From contig JBQLZK010000053.1 of the NCBI GenBank assembly GCA_052168235.1, positions 1 to 52,701 of the forward strand: DNA of 52,701 nucleotides. Reading direction: 5' to 3'. Below are positions 41,778 to 50,791 of the stretch, piece after piece. The notes beneath the pieces are model-generated. The model saw nothing but the letters and a program-made list of their open reading frames with translations, was not told the DNA's origin and did not search any database. The position numbers and the translations under genes were made by a program. Each line of letters starts with the position of its first letter. The stretch's first letter is position 1. Source of the DNA: Thainema sp. (GTDB lineage: Bacteria > Cyanobacteriota > Cyanobacteriia > Phormidesmidales > Phormidesmidaceae).

Positions 41778-41945
41778 GTATCAGTTTTGGCATCGATTAA
41801 TGAATCAATCTAGCTTTCTGTAGTCAAATTAGATAGATAGTTACACGACTTGGCAAAGTTTAGTGAGATAAACCGAAGATGTGTCTCTAGGAGCGATCGC
41901 AATCAGCGATGATGCAGATAGTAGAGTTAAACACCGCAGAAACCG

Positions 41946-42030
41946 ATGCTTCCACTAGTCGGGATACCCAGCACGATTGAAGCCGGGATGGCGGCCTACC
42001 GAGATCTCTTTGCTCGTCAAGCCGGATTTG
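41946..42030 (+). mobile_element. N-terminal remnant of a transposase (IS701-like)
   Basis: Reads MLPLVGIPSTIEAGMAAYRDLFARQAGF and then runs into the antisense of the helicase; family resemblance is from memory. Confidence 0.5.
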
Positions 42031-43155
42031 CTCCTTCAGTCGTTCAATTTGATCTCGTACTTTACGCTCAAACTTGAGTAATCGGCGGATCGGCTCGCTT
42101 TCCCGCTCAGCCTGCGTCGTATCGAGCATCGTCCGTCGGCCTAACATGGCTTCTTCTACCTGAGCCGCAATCACTGGCCCCACCTTGCCTAGATCCTCTC
42201 GAATAGTGTTCACTTTCAAGGCTGCCCGTAGCAAAAACTCTAAATCACCATCTAAGTCACCCGGACGGACACCAGTTGCATCCTGCCCAGAATAGTTTTT
42301 GCCGACAAAGTGATAGATCATCACCTCATTGGCTTTTTGTCCGTGCCAATCAATCCTACCATTCCGCTGTTCCATCCGATTTGGGTTCCAGGGAGTTTCG
42401 TAGTGAATCAGATTAGAACAGTGGTTTTGTAAATCTAAACCTTCCGATGCCGCATCCGTTGCCAGCAAAATCCTGACATTGGAAATATCTGGCCCAGCCT
42501 GAAATGCCGCCTTTCCCCGTTTCCGCTCGTCTGAATTCATGCCGCCATACAGCGTCATCAAGCGCTCATCCTGAGCCAATCCTTGAATTGCTAGCAGGTC
42601 AAACAACCATTTCTGCGTTGTGCGATATTCCGTAAAGATAATGACTCGCTGATCTGACCACTGTCCATCCGGTCGGATGTGAGTGTTAATCCAATCTAAC
42701 AAAGCCTGCGCCTTGGCATCGGGACGTGTAGATGCCGTCTCAGCCCAACTTTGCATAAAGCGCAGTAAATCTTGTTCCTCTGCACTGAGGCTATGAAAGA
42801 GCTGAGAGCTAGATGCGATCGCATCATTGGTTGACTCTTCATAAATATCGTCATCGGCAAAGACTTCCTCAATCTGATCCAACTGACGGCGCAGGATTGA
42901 GACCGAAGGCTTTGAAAGCTGTCGATGCGATCGCGATTTTCCTTCTTTAACGGTCTTTTCGTGCTGCTGTAGAGTTGATAGAAACGCGGCTGGGGAGGGA
43001 AAACAGGCGTTTCTTTAAAAGCTTCAACACGAACTCTGTGGCGACCAGTTCTACCTTGTCATCTTTTGCTCCACTACACTGCAGCTCGGTATAACGCTTC
43101 AAGGCTTCATTCACTTCCTGCTCGGTATCGGTATAATCCACCGCTAATGCTTCTC
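42025..43155 (-). pseudogene. drmD: Truncated, frameshifted SNF2-like helicase (DISARM DrmD-like)
   Basis: EFVLKLLKKRLFS/SPAAF spans a frameshift near 42995; VIIFTEY, LATDAASEGLDLQ, PWNPNRMEQRNGRID(W)HGQ, IREDLGKVG; both termini missing. Confidence 0.78.
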
Positions 43156-43177
43156 ACGCCCGCCTTTTAGCGCTCAA

Positions 43178-43369
43178 GTTGCGATCGTCTTTCCGGCAAC
43201 GGAAGGGTTGAAAGCGTGTTTATCTAAGCAATGTGTCTGCTTTTCCGAGTTGCGATCGTCTTTCCGGCAACGGAAGGATTGAAAACACAGAGCAATTGTG
43301 TAAGCGACTATTAATCTATGAGATTAAAATCGTCTTTACAGAGAGTTGAAAGTACTTAAACTGGCCGGG
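43178..43369 (+). CRISPR. Mini CRISPR array with type V-K-like 37-bp repeats, a degenerate third repeat and a short terminal spacer
   Basis: GTTGCGATCGTCTTTCCGGCAACGGAAGGGTTGAAAG at 43178-43214; copy with two mismatches at 43249-43285; 34-nt spacer between them; degenerate ATCGTCTTT...GTTGAAAG ending at 43352; 17-nt spacer 43353-43369. Confidence 0.85.
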
Positions 43370-43479
43370 AACCAAAAATCAAATATGGTTACTCGGCTAG
43401 AAATTAAGGATCTTTTCTCGTTCGCTGAGATCTTTGAAACTATTTGGCTGCCAGTAAACTGGTCTGTATCGTTTTGGTG

Positions 43480-43543
43480 GACAAATAAAGTGACGCTGTG
43501 ACATTCAATTTGACGCCACGGACAAATAAAGCGACGCACCATA
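43480..43543. mobile_element. Putative Tn7-like (CAST) left end with three TnsB-site-like repeats
   Basis: GACAAATAAAGTGACG (43480), GACATTCAATTTGACG (43500) and GACAAATAAAGCGACG (43521), spaced 20-21 bp; exact terminus uncertain. Confidence 0.65.
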
Positions 43544-43558
43544 GGAGAATAACTGCAC

Positions 43559-43584
43559 AAAAAAAGCGGGGGCAGTTGCCCCCG
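43559..43584 (-). terminator. psaC Rho-independent terminator
   Basis: Minus strand CGGGGGCA-ac-TGCCCCCG-C-TTTTTTT. Confidence 0.8.
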
Positions 43585-43645
43585 GCCAGCTTAAGTACAC
43601 CAAGTTTGCAGAACACCAATACTAAATGTTTGGATCTGATGGATA

Positions 43646-44011
<366 letters not shown>

Positions 44012-44173
44012 TTACTGGTTTTTCTAGACTTGCACAAAACTTCAAGGAACGTAATAAGACTGTTGTGACGGTGTAACATGTCTCATTTGTGTTCCATCCT
44101 CACCAAAGCTTTGTCAGATAGGCTTTTTCAGCAATTTATGGGCTTTCCAACAATTGGAAAGCTCCTTAATTAT

Positions 44174-45070
44174 CTATAGATTTAGCTTTGCCAAAACCGA
44201 TCGAGTGGAAACAATATGTTTATCTAAGCCCAGCTCTTGCGGTGGAACTCCAACGGCTAGAGCCACGAGCTGCGAGAGATGCAGGACAGGTAAGCCCAAC
44301 GGTTCACCAATCACCCGTTCAACTTCCGGTTGGCGAGAGTCCAAATTCAGGTGGCAGAGGGGGCAGGGCGTAACCATGCAGTCTGCGCCAGATGCGATCG
44401 CAGCTTTGAGATGTTTACCAGCCATTTTGAACGACTGCTCTGTTGCGTAACTGGAAATGGGCCAGCCGCAGCATTGAGTCCGTCCCTCGTAGCTCACAGG
44501 CGTTGCGCCCACGGTGCGGAAAACGTTTTCTAACGCGACCGGATTAAACGGATCGTCGTAGGGCATGACTTCCTGCGATCGCAACAAGTAACAGCCATAA
44601 AACGCCGCACATTTTAGGCCAGAGAGTTTATGCACCACACGCTTTTGCAGTTCTTCCAGGCCGTAGTCGCTGACTAAGGCCCAGAGCAGGTGCTTTACTT
44701 CGGTTGTGCCTTTGTAAGGTGAACAGCCTTCTTGTTTGAGTAGACCGTTGATCTGGTTGAAGTAATCGGGATCGTTTTGCTGGGCGTCTTTTAAGCGCTC
44801 ATCTACGTGACCAATCACGCCCTGGCAGGTGCTGCAATGGGTCAGCAGCGGCAGATTTAGTTCCCCGGCCAGGGCAATATTGCGAGCGTTGACGGTGTCT
44901 TCCAGCAGGCGTGACTCTTCTTTGAATGTACCGGAGCCGCAGCAGGAGGCTTTCTTCAGTTCGATTAGATTGATGTCGAGGGCTTTGGCTAGAGCGCCCG
45001 TTGATAAATACAGCTCGCGGCAGGCTCCCTGAGCGACACAGCCGGGAAAATAGGCGTAGGTTAAACTCAT
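44174..45070 (-). CDS. hdrB: HdrB-family CCG-domain protein (cyanobacterial SDH-associated type)
   Basis: YFPGC, SCCG, YGCYLLR, QCCG and TPCPLCHLNLD motifs. Confidence 0.88.
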   Translation of the reverse strand: MSLTYAYFPGCVAQGACRELYLSTGALAKALDINLIELKKASCCGSGTFKEESRLLEDTVNARNIALAGELNLPLLTHCSTCQGVIGHVDERLKDAQQNDPDYFNQINGLLKQEGCSPYKGTTEVKHLLWALVSDYGLEELQKRVVHKLSGLKCAAFYGCYLLRSQEVMPYDDPFNPVALENVFRTVGATPVSYEGRTQCCGWPISSYATEQSFKMAGKHLKAAIASGADCMVTPCPLCHLNLDSRQPEVERVIGEPLGLPVLHLSQLVALAVGVPPQELGLDKHIVSTRSVLAKLNL

Positions 45071-45301
45071 GAATCGTTCTGTTGAATCGTTATGTGGCGA
45101 ACAGGTTGAGATCTACTTCTATCTTCCCTTGCAAATTTAGGATTGAGCTGAACTCCTTACACTCCTTTAAGCTCTGTGGCATTCTAGCCTCTCTTGTTTG
45201 CATAAACTCTTCTGGCTGTAGGATGCGAGAAAATGGGTCCAGCCTATAATTTTCAAGTGGTTGGTGCCAAAAATGTCCAAACAGCATGATGGGGGAAAGG
45301 C

Positions 45302-46225
45302 GTGCAGCTTAAGCAAGCGATTATCGTTCACAAAGCCGGAGATCATCAAAGCCATCGTTATGCGGAAGTCTGCGCCCAGCAGTTGGAGGCACGCGGCTGC
45401 CGTGTCTTAGTCGGGCCGAGTGGGCCAAAGGATAATCCCTACCCGGTGTTCTTGGCCTCGGCTCCGCAGCCGATTGATTTAGCCGTCGTTCTGGGTGGCG
45501 ACGGTACAGCTTTAGCTGCCGCGCGCCACTTGGCTCCTGAGAATATTCCTCTTCTGGCGGTTAATATCGGTGGTCATCTAGGTTTTCTAACCGAGTCGGC
45601 AGAGTATTTTCTAGATACCGAACACGTTTGGAATCGACTGGAATCTGACCATTTTGCCGTGCAGCGCCGCATGATGCTGAAAGCTCAGCTGTTTGAAGGC
45701 AACAATCGCATTGATGCAGAACCCGCCAGTGATACCTATCTGGCGTTAAATGAAATGTGCGTCAAACCCGCTTCTGCCGATCGCATGATCACCTCGATTT
45801 TGGAAATGGAAATTGATCAGGAAGTGGTGGATCAGTATCAGGGTGATGGTCTAATCGTCAGCACACCCACCGGATCGACTTGCTACACGGTGGCCGCCAA
45901 TGGGCCAATTATTCACCCCGGCATGGATGCGATCGCAGTTACGCCCATCTCACCCCTCAGTCTCTCCAGCCGCCCAATCGTGATTCCACCCGGCAGCATG
46001 GTCAGTATTTGGCCGTTAGCGGATCGGGAACTCAACACCAAGCTGTGGATGGATGGCGTGTTAGCAACAGCAATCTGGCCAGGACAGCGTGTGGATATCT
46101 GGATGGCCGACTGCATGGCCTCCTTTATTATTCTGAAGGAAAATCATTCCTACTATCAAACTCTGCGTGAGAAGCTGGATTGGGCAGGTGCCCGAATTCG
46201 CTACAGCAATAATCACCGCAACTAA
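45302..46225 (+). CDS. nadK: NAD(+) kinase
   Basis: GGDGT, GHLGFL, LNE and DGLIVSTPTGSTCY motifs. Confidence 0.96.
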   Translation: MQLKQAIIVHKAGDHQSHRYAEVCAQQLEARGCRVLVGPSGPKDNPYPVFLASAPQPIDLAVVLGGDGTALAAARHLAPENIPLLAVNIGGHLGFLTESAEYFLDTEHVWNRLESDHFAVQRRMMLKAQLFEGNNRIDAEPASDTYLALNEMCVKPASADRMITSILEMEIDQEVVDQYQGDGLIVSTPTGSTCYTVAANGPIIHPGMDAIAVTPISPLSLSSRPIVIPPGSMVSIWPLADRELNTKLWMDGVLATAIWPGQRVDIWMADCMASFIILKENHSYYQTLREKLDWAGARIRYSNNHRN

Positions 46226-46231
46226 ACATCT

Positions 46232-46278
46232 AAAAAAGTGATTGTGCGGCTGCAAGGCAGCCGCACAATCACTTTTTT
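46232..46278. terminator. Bidirectional terminator-like hairpin
   Basis: AAAAAAGTGATTGTGCGGCTGC-aag-GCAGCCGCACAATCACTTTTTT. Confidence 0.8.
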
Positions 46279-46377
46279 GTTATGTCAACGTTAGTTTTTG
46301 ATCAATTTGGGAATTCTATACCAAACGGCAATTTGCCGTCCATCAGGTTCATTTGTGTATCTACTAAATCCCAAACT

Positions 46378-46860
46378 ATGTCAAATTTAAAACCCGTTCA
46401 TATCGATCCAGACACCGTGATTTGGATTGAAGCTAATGATGCTGCAACTCCCGTTCCTGACATCGTTCCCGCTCGCACACCCGTCGGCGTTAGCAATGGT
46501 CATCCCGAACTGAATGGTGGCGAACCCGAACAGGGCCGCGTCTCAAAAGGTTGGCTGCCCTCACGCACCGATGCCTTGGGCCGGATGACCGACTTAATGC
46601 CGCCCACGACTGAACAATCTGCTGAATCTGACAACCCTCTTCAGCAAAGTCCAGCACTGGATCAAACGATTAAGTCCTACACCAAGTACGCACTGGGCGC
46701 GTTTCGCAATGACCAGGACATGAATGCTGTTAAGAAGGTGACGCTGGAGTTTGGCGTCAACCTCAGCGGCGTCGGCGGTGTGCCTTACATTGCCTCTGGC
46801 ACCGTCGGCTGCAATATCAAAATCACCGTCGAGTGCGACTTCTCCAAAGAAGACTCCTAA
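46378..46860 (+). CDS. Trypsin-co-occurring domain (Trypco1 / CU044_2847-like) protein
   Basis: C-terminal VKKVTLEFGVNLSGVGGVPYIASGTVGCNIKITVEC; probable ATG at 46378. Confidence 0.7.
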   Translation: MSNLKPVHIDPDTVIWIEANDAATPVPDIVPARTPVGVSNGHPELNGGEPEQGRVSKGWLPSRTDALGRMTDLMPPTTEQSAESDNPLQQSPALDQTIKSYTKYALGAFRNDQDMNAVKKVTLEFGVNLSGVGGVPYIASGTVGCNIKITVECDFSKEDS

Positions 46861-46887
46861 TCAATCTCAACGCTTCCCACAAAACCC

Positions 46888-46923
46888 AAAAGGGATTCTC
46901 CCACGATGCGGAGAATCCCTTTT
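46888..46923. terminator. Bidirectional terminator between convergent genes
   Basis: AAAAGGGATTCTCC-cacgatgc-GGAGAATCCCTTTT. Confidence 0.8.
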
Positions 46924-47562
46924 TTAAGTACCAGGACGCTGATCGAGTTCTGGGGGCAAGTGGCTGCGATCGCAATGTTTCATCAAGAGCGGCCCGTGAA
47001 CATCAAACTTGACGATGCTGACGGAGGCAACGGGCAGATTAATGCGATCGCGATAGCGGCCAATGTCAATTCCCAACAGGCTGCACAGAATAATTCGAAT
47101 TGTTGCCTTGTGCGACACGATTAGCACGTTGCCTGACGTGTATTTTTCCTCAATCTCCGCCATGACTAAATTAGCGCGACTGGCAATCTGAATCGACGTT
47201 TCACCACCCGTCGGCGGATTCCAAGCGGGTTCCGTTAGCCAGTGGACGTAATCCTCTGTATATTCTGCCTGTACCGCTTCCGGCGTCTTTCCTTCCCACT
47301 CGCCGTACTGAATTTCTTTCAGCCCGTCGCGCAGTTCCATGCTCATTCCCGTGGCGTCGCAGAGCGGTTTTGCTGTGGCAATGGTGCGCTTCATCGGACT
47401 GACGTAAATCGCCTGCCAGTTAAATGAACGATATTTGTCAGCGAACGCTTGCGCCATCTGGTGTCCTTCCGCCGTCAGATCGGGGTCAAGTGCCCCACAG
47501 TATCCGCCTGTCTGACTAGCGGTTGTTTCCCCATGACGGAGCAGATAAACACAAAGACTCAT
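46924..47562 (-). CDS. Histidine phosphatase (phosphoglycerate mutase) family protein
   Basis: LLRHGET, SPMKRT, EIQYGEWEG and VSH motifs. Confidence 0.94.
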   Translation of the reverse strand: MSLCVYLLRHGETTASQTGGYCGALDPDLTAEGHQMAQAFADKYRSFNWQAIYVSPMKRTIATAKPLCDATGMSMELRDGLKEIQYGEWEGKTPEAVQAEYTEDYVHWLTEPAWNPPTGGETSIQIASRANLVMAEIEEKYTSGNVLIVSHKATIRIILCSLLGIDIGRYRDRINLPVASVSIVKFDVHGPLLMKHCDRSHLPPELDQRPGT

Positions 47563-47602
47563 AGTAAGTTCTCAGCCAGCATCTGATATATCATTCGACT
47601 AT

Positions 47603-47660
47603 AAAACTAACCCTATGTGTTGAAAGAGGCATGCCTCTTTCAACACATAGGGTTAGTTTT
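47603..47660. repeat. Perfect 58-bp palindrome
   Basis: AAAACTAACCCTATGTGTTGAAAGAGGCA|TGCCTCTTTCAACACATAGGGTTAGTTTT. Confidence 0.9.
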
Positions 47661-47778
47661 CTCATATATTGCACCGACTAAAATCTAGGATCATCCTCAA
47701 AAGGATGACCGAAGCACCACTCCAAGTCCAGAAACTGAGAACTCAAAGTGATTTTAGTCCGTGCCAGTGTGAATGTGA

Positions 47779-47964
47779 CTACTTTGAACGACGTCTGCGC
47801 TGGCGATGCTTAGCCATTTCTTTTCGCTTTGCTTTTTCTGCAGGCGTTTCAAAGTAGCGCTTTTTCTTCATGTCTTGGAAGATGCCGGCCCGTGAAACTT
47901 GCCGCTTAAAGCGACGCAGAGCCGATTCAATTCCTTCGTTTTCGCCCACAGTAACTTGAGTCAT
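47779..47964 (-). CDS. rpsU: 30S ribosomal protein S21
   Basis: [15 protein letters not shown]...YFETP. Confidence 0.97.
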   Translation of the reverse strand: MTQVTVGENEGIESALRRFKRQVSRAGIFQDMKKKRYFETPAEKAKRKEMAKHRQRRRRSK

Positions 47965-48158
47965 ATCGATGCCAAAATCTCCAAAGTTGTTGACTGTTCA
48001 TCCTGTTGCGATAAATGCTGAAATCCCCGACAGCTATGGCAATCACCTAAGCTTGCCGGGGCATTGAGTGACAAAAAAACGGGCTTAACCGTAAAATTCT
48101 ATTTTTCTTATCGAAAATGAATAAAGATCCACCCTTGCCAATTTTCTGTGGAACTGGC

Positions 48159-48449
48159 TTAGAAGCGACGTTTGCCTCTGCCACCACCAGAATTTGAATT
48201 GCGATTTTCGCGAGGCTTGGCTTTATTGACCCGTAGATCACGCCCCATCCACTCAGCTCCATCTAGAGCTTCAATTGCAGCATCCTCTTCGGTTTCAGAA
48301 CTCATTTCAATAAAAGCAAACCCCCGTAGCCGTCCGGTTTCACGGTCAGTGGGCATATGTACTCGGCTGACGGAGCCGTATTCAGCGAAGGTTTCTTCTA
48401 GATCTTGCTGAGTAATGTCGTAAGACAGATTGCCTACGTAGATCGACAT
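48159..48449 (-). CDS. rbp: RRM RNA-binding protein (Rbp, glycine-tail type)
   Basis: RNP2 IYVGNL, RNP1 RGFAFIEM, GRDLRVNKAKPR. Confidence 0.96.
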   Translation of the reverse strand: MSIYVGNLSYDITQQDLEETFAEYGSVSRVHMPTDRETGRLRGFAFIEMSSETEEDAAIEALDGAEWMGRDLRVNKAKPRENRNSNSGGGRGKRRF

Positions 48450-48455
48450 GGAGAA

Positions 48456-48560
48456 TCTCCAAGATTAAGGGTTTATAGAAGCGGAAATCCGGAGAAACGC
48501 CCCTTCAAATATTGAGATTGAAATATTGAGGTTTCAGAACCGAGCACCATCTTCACCGAC
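48456..48560 (-). promoter_or_regulatory. rbp 5' UTR conserved boxes (anti-RBS element)
   Basis: Minus strand GTCGGTGA (48553-48560), TCTCCGGA (48488-48495) and RBS TTGGAGA (48456-48462); resembles boxes described for cold-inducible cyanobacterial rbp genes. Confidence 0.5.
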
Positions 48561-48768
48561 TGACTATAACACAGGAGCCCAAGTGATAGGGGCGATTTGA
48601 CTATATCTGTTACAGAGTCCAACGATTGGGCAGCTTGTGTAAACAGATGACGTTGGTTTCAAAACTTGGTGCAAAACACTGCCACATCCAGCTCACATTT
48701 CAACGGACTCGGTGCTAAAGTGCTGAAGGATTATGTGACCTTATCTCTCACTTCAGGATTTGTCGATT

Positions 48769-49908
48769 ATGCCTCTCAATCGGCGCAACTTTTTAGTCCT
48801 CACGCTCAGCGGAACTGCAGCGGCGGGAATCAGTAGCTTGACCAGTTGTACCCGCAGTCGTTCGGCTGCAACTGAAGGACAAGCGACTCCGGCTGCTGAA
48901 TCGTCATCTCTCGTGGACGCAGCAGTTCCCCCTGTCCGTTCTTCTCCTGCTCCGGTGGGCATGAAATCGCCTGTTAAAGGTGATGTGCGACTGGCGGTCT
49001 TTAGCGATCTCAACAATGCTTATGGCTCAACTGACTACATTCAAGAAGTGACTGATGCCGTGCGCCTAATTTCAGAGTGGGAGCCAGATTTAGTGCTGTG
49101 TGCGGGCGATATGGTGGCGGGGCAGAAGCGATCGCTAACTCAAGCCCAAATTCAAGCCATGTGGAACGGTTTCGATCAGTTTGTTTATGCGCCGATTCGG
49201 CAGGCTGGACTGCCGTTTGCTTTTACGCTGGGCAATCACGATGCCTCTAGCGTGATCAGTAACGGCGGCTATGCCTATGCTTTGGAGCGGGATTTAGCCA
49301 AGGCATATTGGACTGATTCGAATCGTGAATTGGGCGTTGAATTTGTTGACCGCAGTGGCTTCCCGTTTTACTACAGTTTTGTGCAGAACGATATTTTCTA
49401 TCTGGTTTGGGATGCTTCTTCTGCAACTGTCTCGCCACAAGAAATTGCCTGGGCGGAACAAAGCCTAGCGAGTGAAGCGGCGCAGCAGGCTAAGCTGCGG
49501 CTGGTGCTGGGACATCTGCCGTTTTATGCGATTTCACAAGGACGCGATACGCCCGGAGAGTTCCTGACGGATGCTGAGCAGTTGCGATCGCAACTGGAAT
49601 CCTACAATGTCCACACCTATATTTGTGGCCATCATCACGCTTACTATCCGGGACGGGTGGGCAATCTCCAGTTTCTGCACTGTGGAGCGTTAGGTAGTGG
49701 GCCGCGCACTTGGCTGGGATCAACCGCCACCGCTATTCATACATTAACTATTATGGATATTACGTTTGACGAGACTGCACTTAATGGGGCTTCAGTTGTC
49801 TATACCACTTATGACATGACGACTGGAGAAGAGGTGCTACTGTCTCAGCTACCTGAAGCAATTAATGGGCCGACTGGCCAAGTGATCCGGCAGGGCGCGC
49901 TCGGATGA
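48769..49908 (+). CDS. Tat-exported calcineurin-like metallophosphoesterase, possible lipoprotein
   Basis: NRRNFL Tat motif, LTSC lipobox-like; SDLN, AGD, GNHD and GHHH motifs. Confidence 0.9.
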   Translation: MPLNRRNFLVLTLSGTAAAGISSLTSCTRSRSAATEGQATPAAESSSLVDAAVPPVRSSPAPVGMKSPVKGDVRLAVFSDLNNAYGSTDYIQEVTDAVRLISEWEPDLVLCAGDMVAGQKRSLTQAQIQAMWNGFDQFVYAPIRQAGLPFAFTLGNHDASSVISNGGYAYALERDLAKAYWTDSNRELGVEFVDRSGFPFYYSFVQNDIFYLVWDASSATVSPQEIAWAEQSLASEAAQQAKLRLVLGHLPFYAISQGRDTPGEFLTDAEQLRSQLESYNVHTYICGHHHAYYPGRVGNLQFLHCGALGSGPRTWLGSTATAIHTLTIMDITFDETALNGASVVYTTYDMTTGEEVLLSQLPEAINGPTGQVIRQGALG

Positions 49909-50031
49909 GGCTGGCAATGAGGTGAAATTTGGTTTAAGAAAGCCCAGATAGTATTTGTGAGCAGCACATGTCGTGTACTGCTCACAGAAGAAAAGCTATC
50001 TGGCTTCACGTATGGGTATCGATTAGGAAAT

Positions 50032-50175
50032 CTAATCTAGAAAACTTAAGATTTGAGAAGATACTGGCAGTGAACTGTTCGTCGCGGAGACAGTATCTTC
50101 TGAAATCCAAGATACGCCCAGTGTGAGATACAGCAAGAACGTCAAGATAGCGGCCTGAATAAACCGAATAGGCAC
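50032..50175 (-). CDS. Small 47-aa protein with one hydrophobic helix (not in the ORF track)
   Basis: AGGAGG RBS 4 nt before GTG; MPIRFIQAAILTFLLYLTLGVSWISEDTVSATNSSLPVSSQILSFLD. Confidence 0.6.
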   Translation of the reverse strand: MPIRFIQAAILTFLLYLTLGVSWISEDTVSATNSSLPVSSQILSFLD

Positions 50176-50402
50176 TACACCTCCTAATTTTGTTGTCTAC
50201 AAATTCCTTACTGTATAAATTATATTTATTAATTGGATCAAATTCAAGATTCCGCGCTACTCAAATCAGAATAAATACGGAATCTGCAATGCTCCATTGG
50301 ATAGATTTTAGCTAAGTCAGGGTTGGAGCCTCGTTTTTCTACTGAAAGGCAGCATCGTTTTGTTTCGATTTGTTCAGAAGGTTGAATTGGGAGACTGCAA
50401 GT

Positions 50403-50642
50403 TCAAGTTGGATCGAGGTTTGACTCTGGATACTCGACAGTGGCGGACGCTGGCGGGGACGCGAATTGTTGGGCTGGTGCGGCAAAGGCAACGAAGAATA
50501 GGGCATTGGGCATCAGGCGATGCACGGCAATCTGGTACATTTCGGCTTCGTTGCGGCGGCGAAAGCGGGCGATGGCAATGTTCTGACAATTGGGCAGGCG
50601 GCGATAGACCACCCACGGATGAAGCTGGTCGTGATATTGCAT
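50403..50642 (-). CDS. Small conserved cyanobacterial hypothetical protein
   Basis: QLHPWVVYRRLP...IARFRRRNEAE pattern; GAGGG-containing sequence lies nearby; divergent from the XRE gene. Confidence 0.65.
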   Translation of the reverse strand: MQYHDQLHPWVVYRRLPNCQNIAIARFRRRNEAEMYQIAVHRLMPNALFFVAFAAPAQQFASPPASATVEYPESNLDPT

Positions 50643-50791
50643 GGTCTTGTGAGGGTAAAATGAGATGCGAAAACTAGGGACAGCCAGCGCTACGAGGCGT
50701 TTGAGCTTCCCTAAATCTTATGTCTCATTTTGAGGCTTCATTCTGCATATGTCAATATGAGGCTTCGATTTGGGATGCTTACTGGTGTCTG

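Noticed and set aside
41780..41900. Possible transposon right end (TGTAGTCAAATT...)
   Set aside because: Only one short partial match to the left-end repeats and no phased TnsB-like sites.
43620..43622. GTA PAM 60 bp from the TGTGCAGT motif at 43559
   Set aside because: No spacer in the array matches the adjacent sequence; the observed spacer match is at 43581-43597.
47603..47660. Palindrome as a CRISPR repeat or tracrRNA anti-repeat
   Set aside because: Only the 8-nt GTTGAAAG is shared, there is no array, and it lies 4 kb outside the element.
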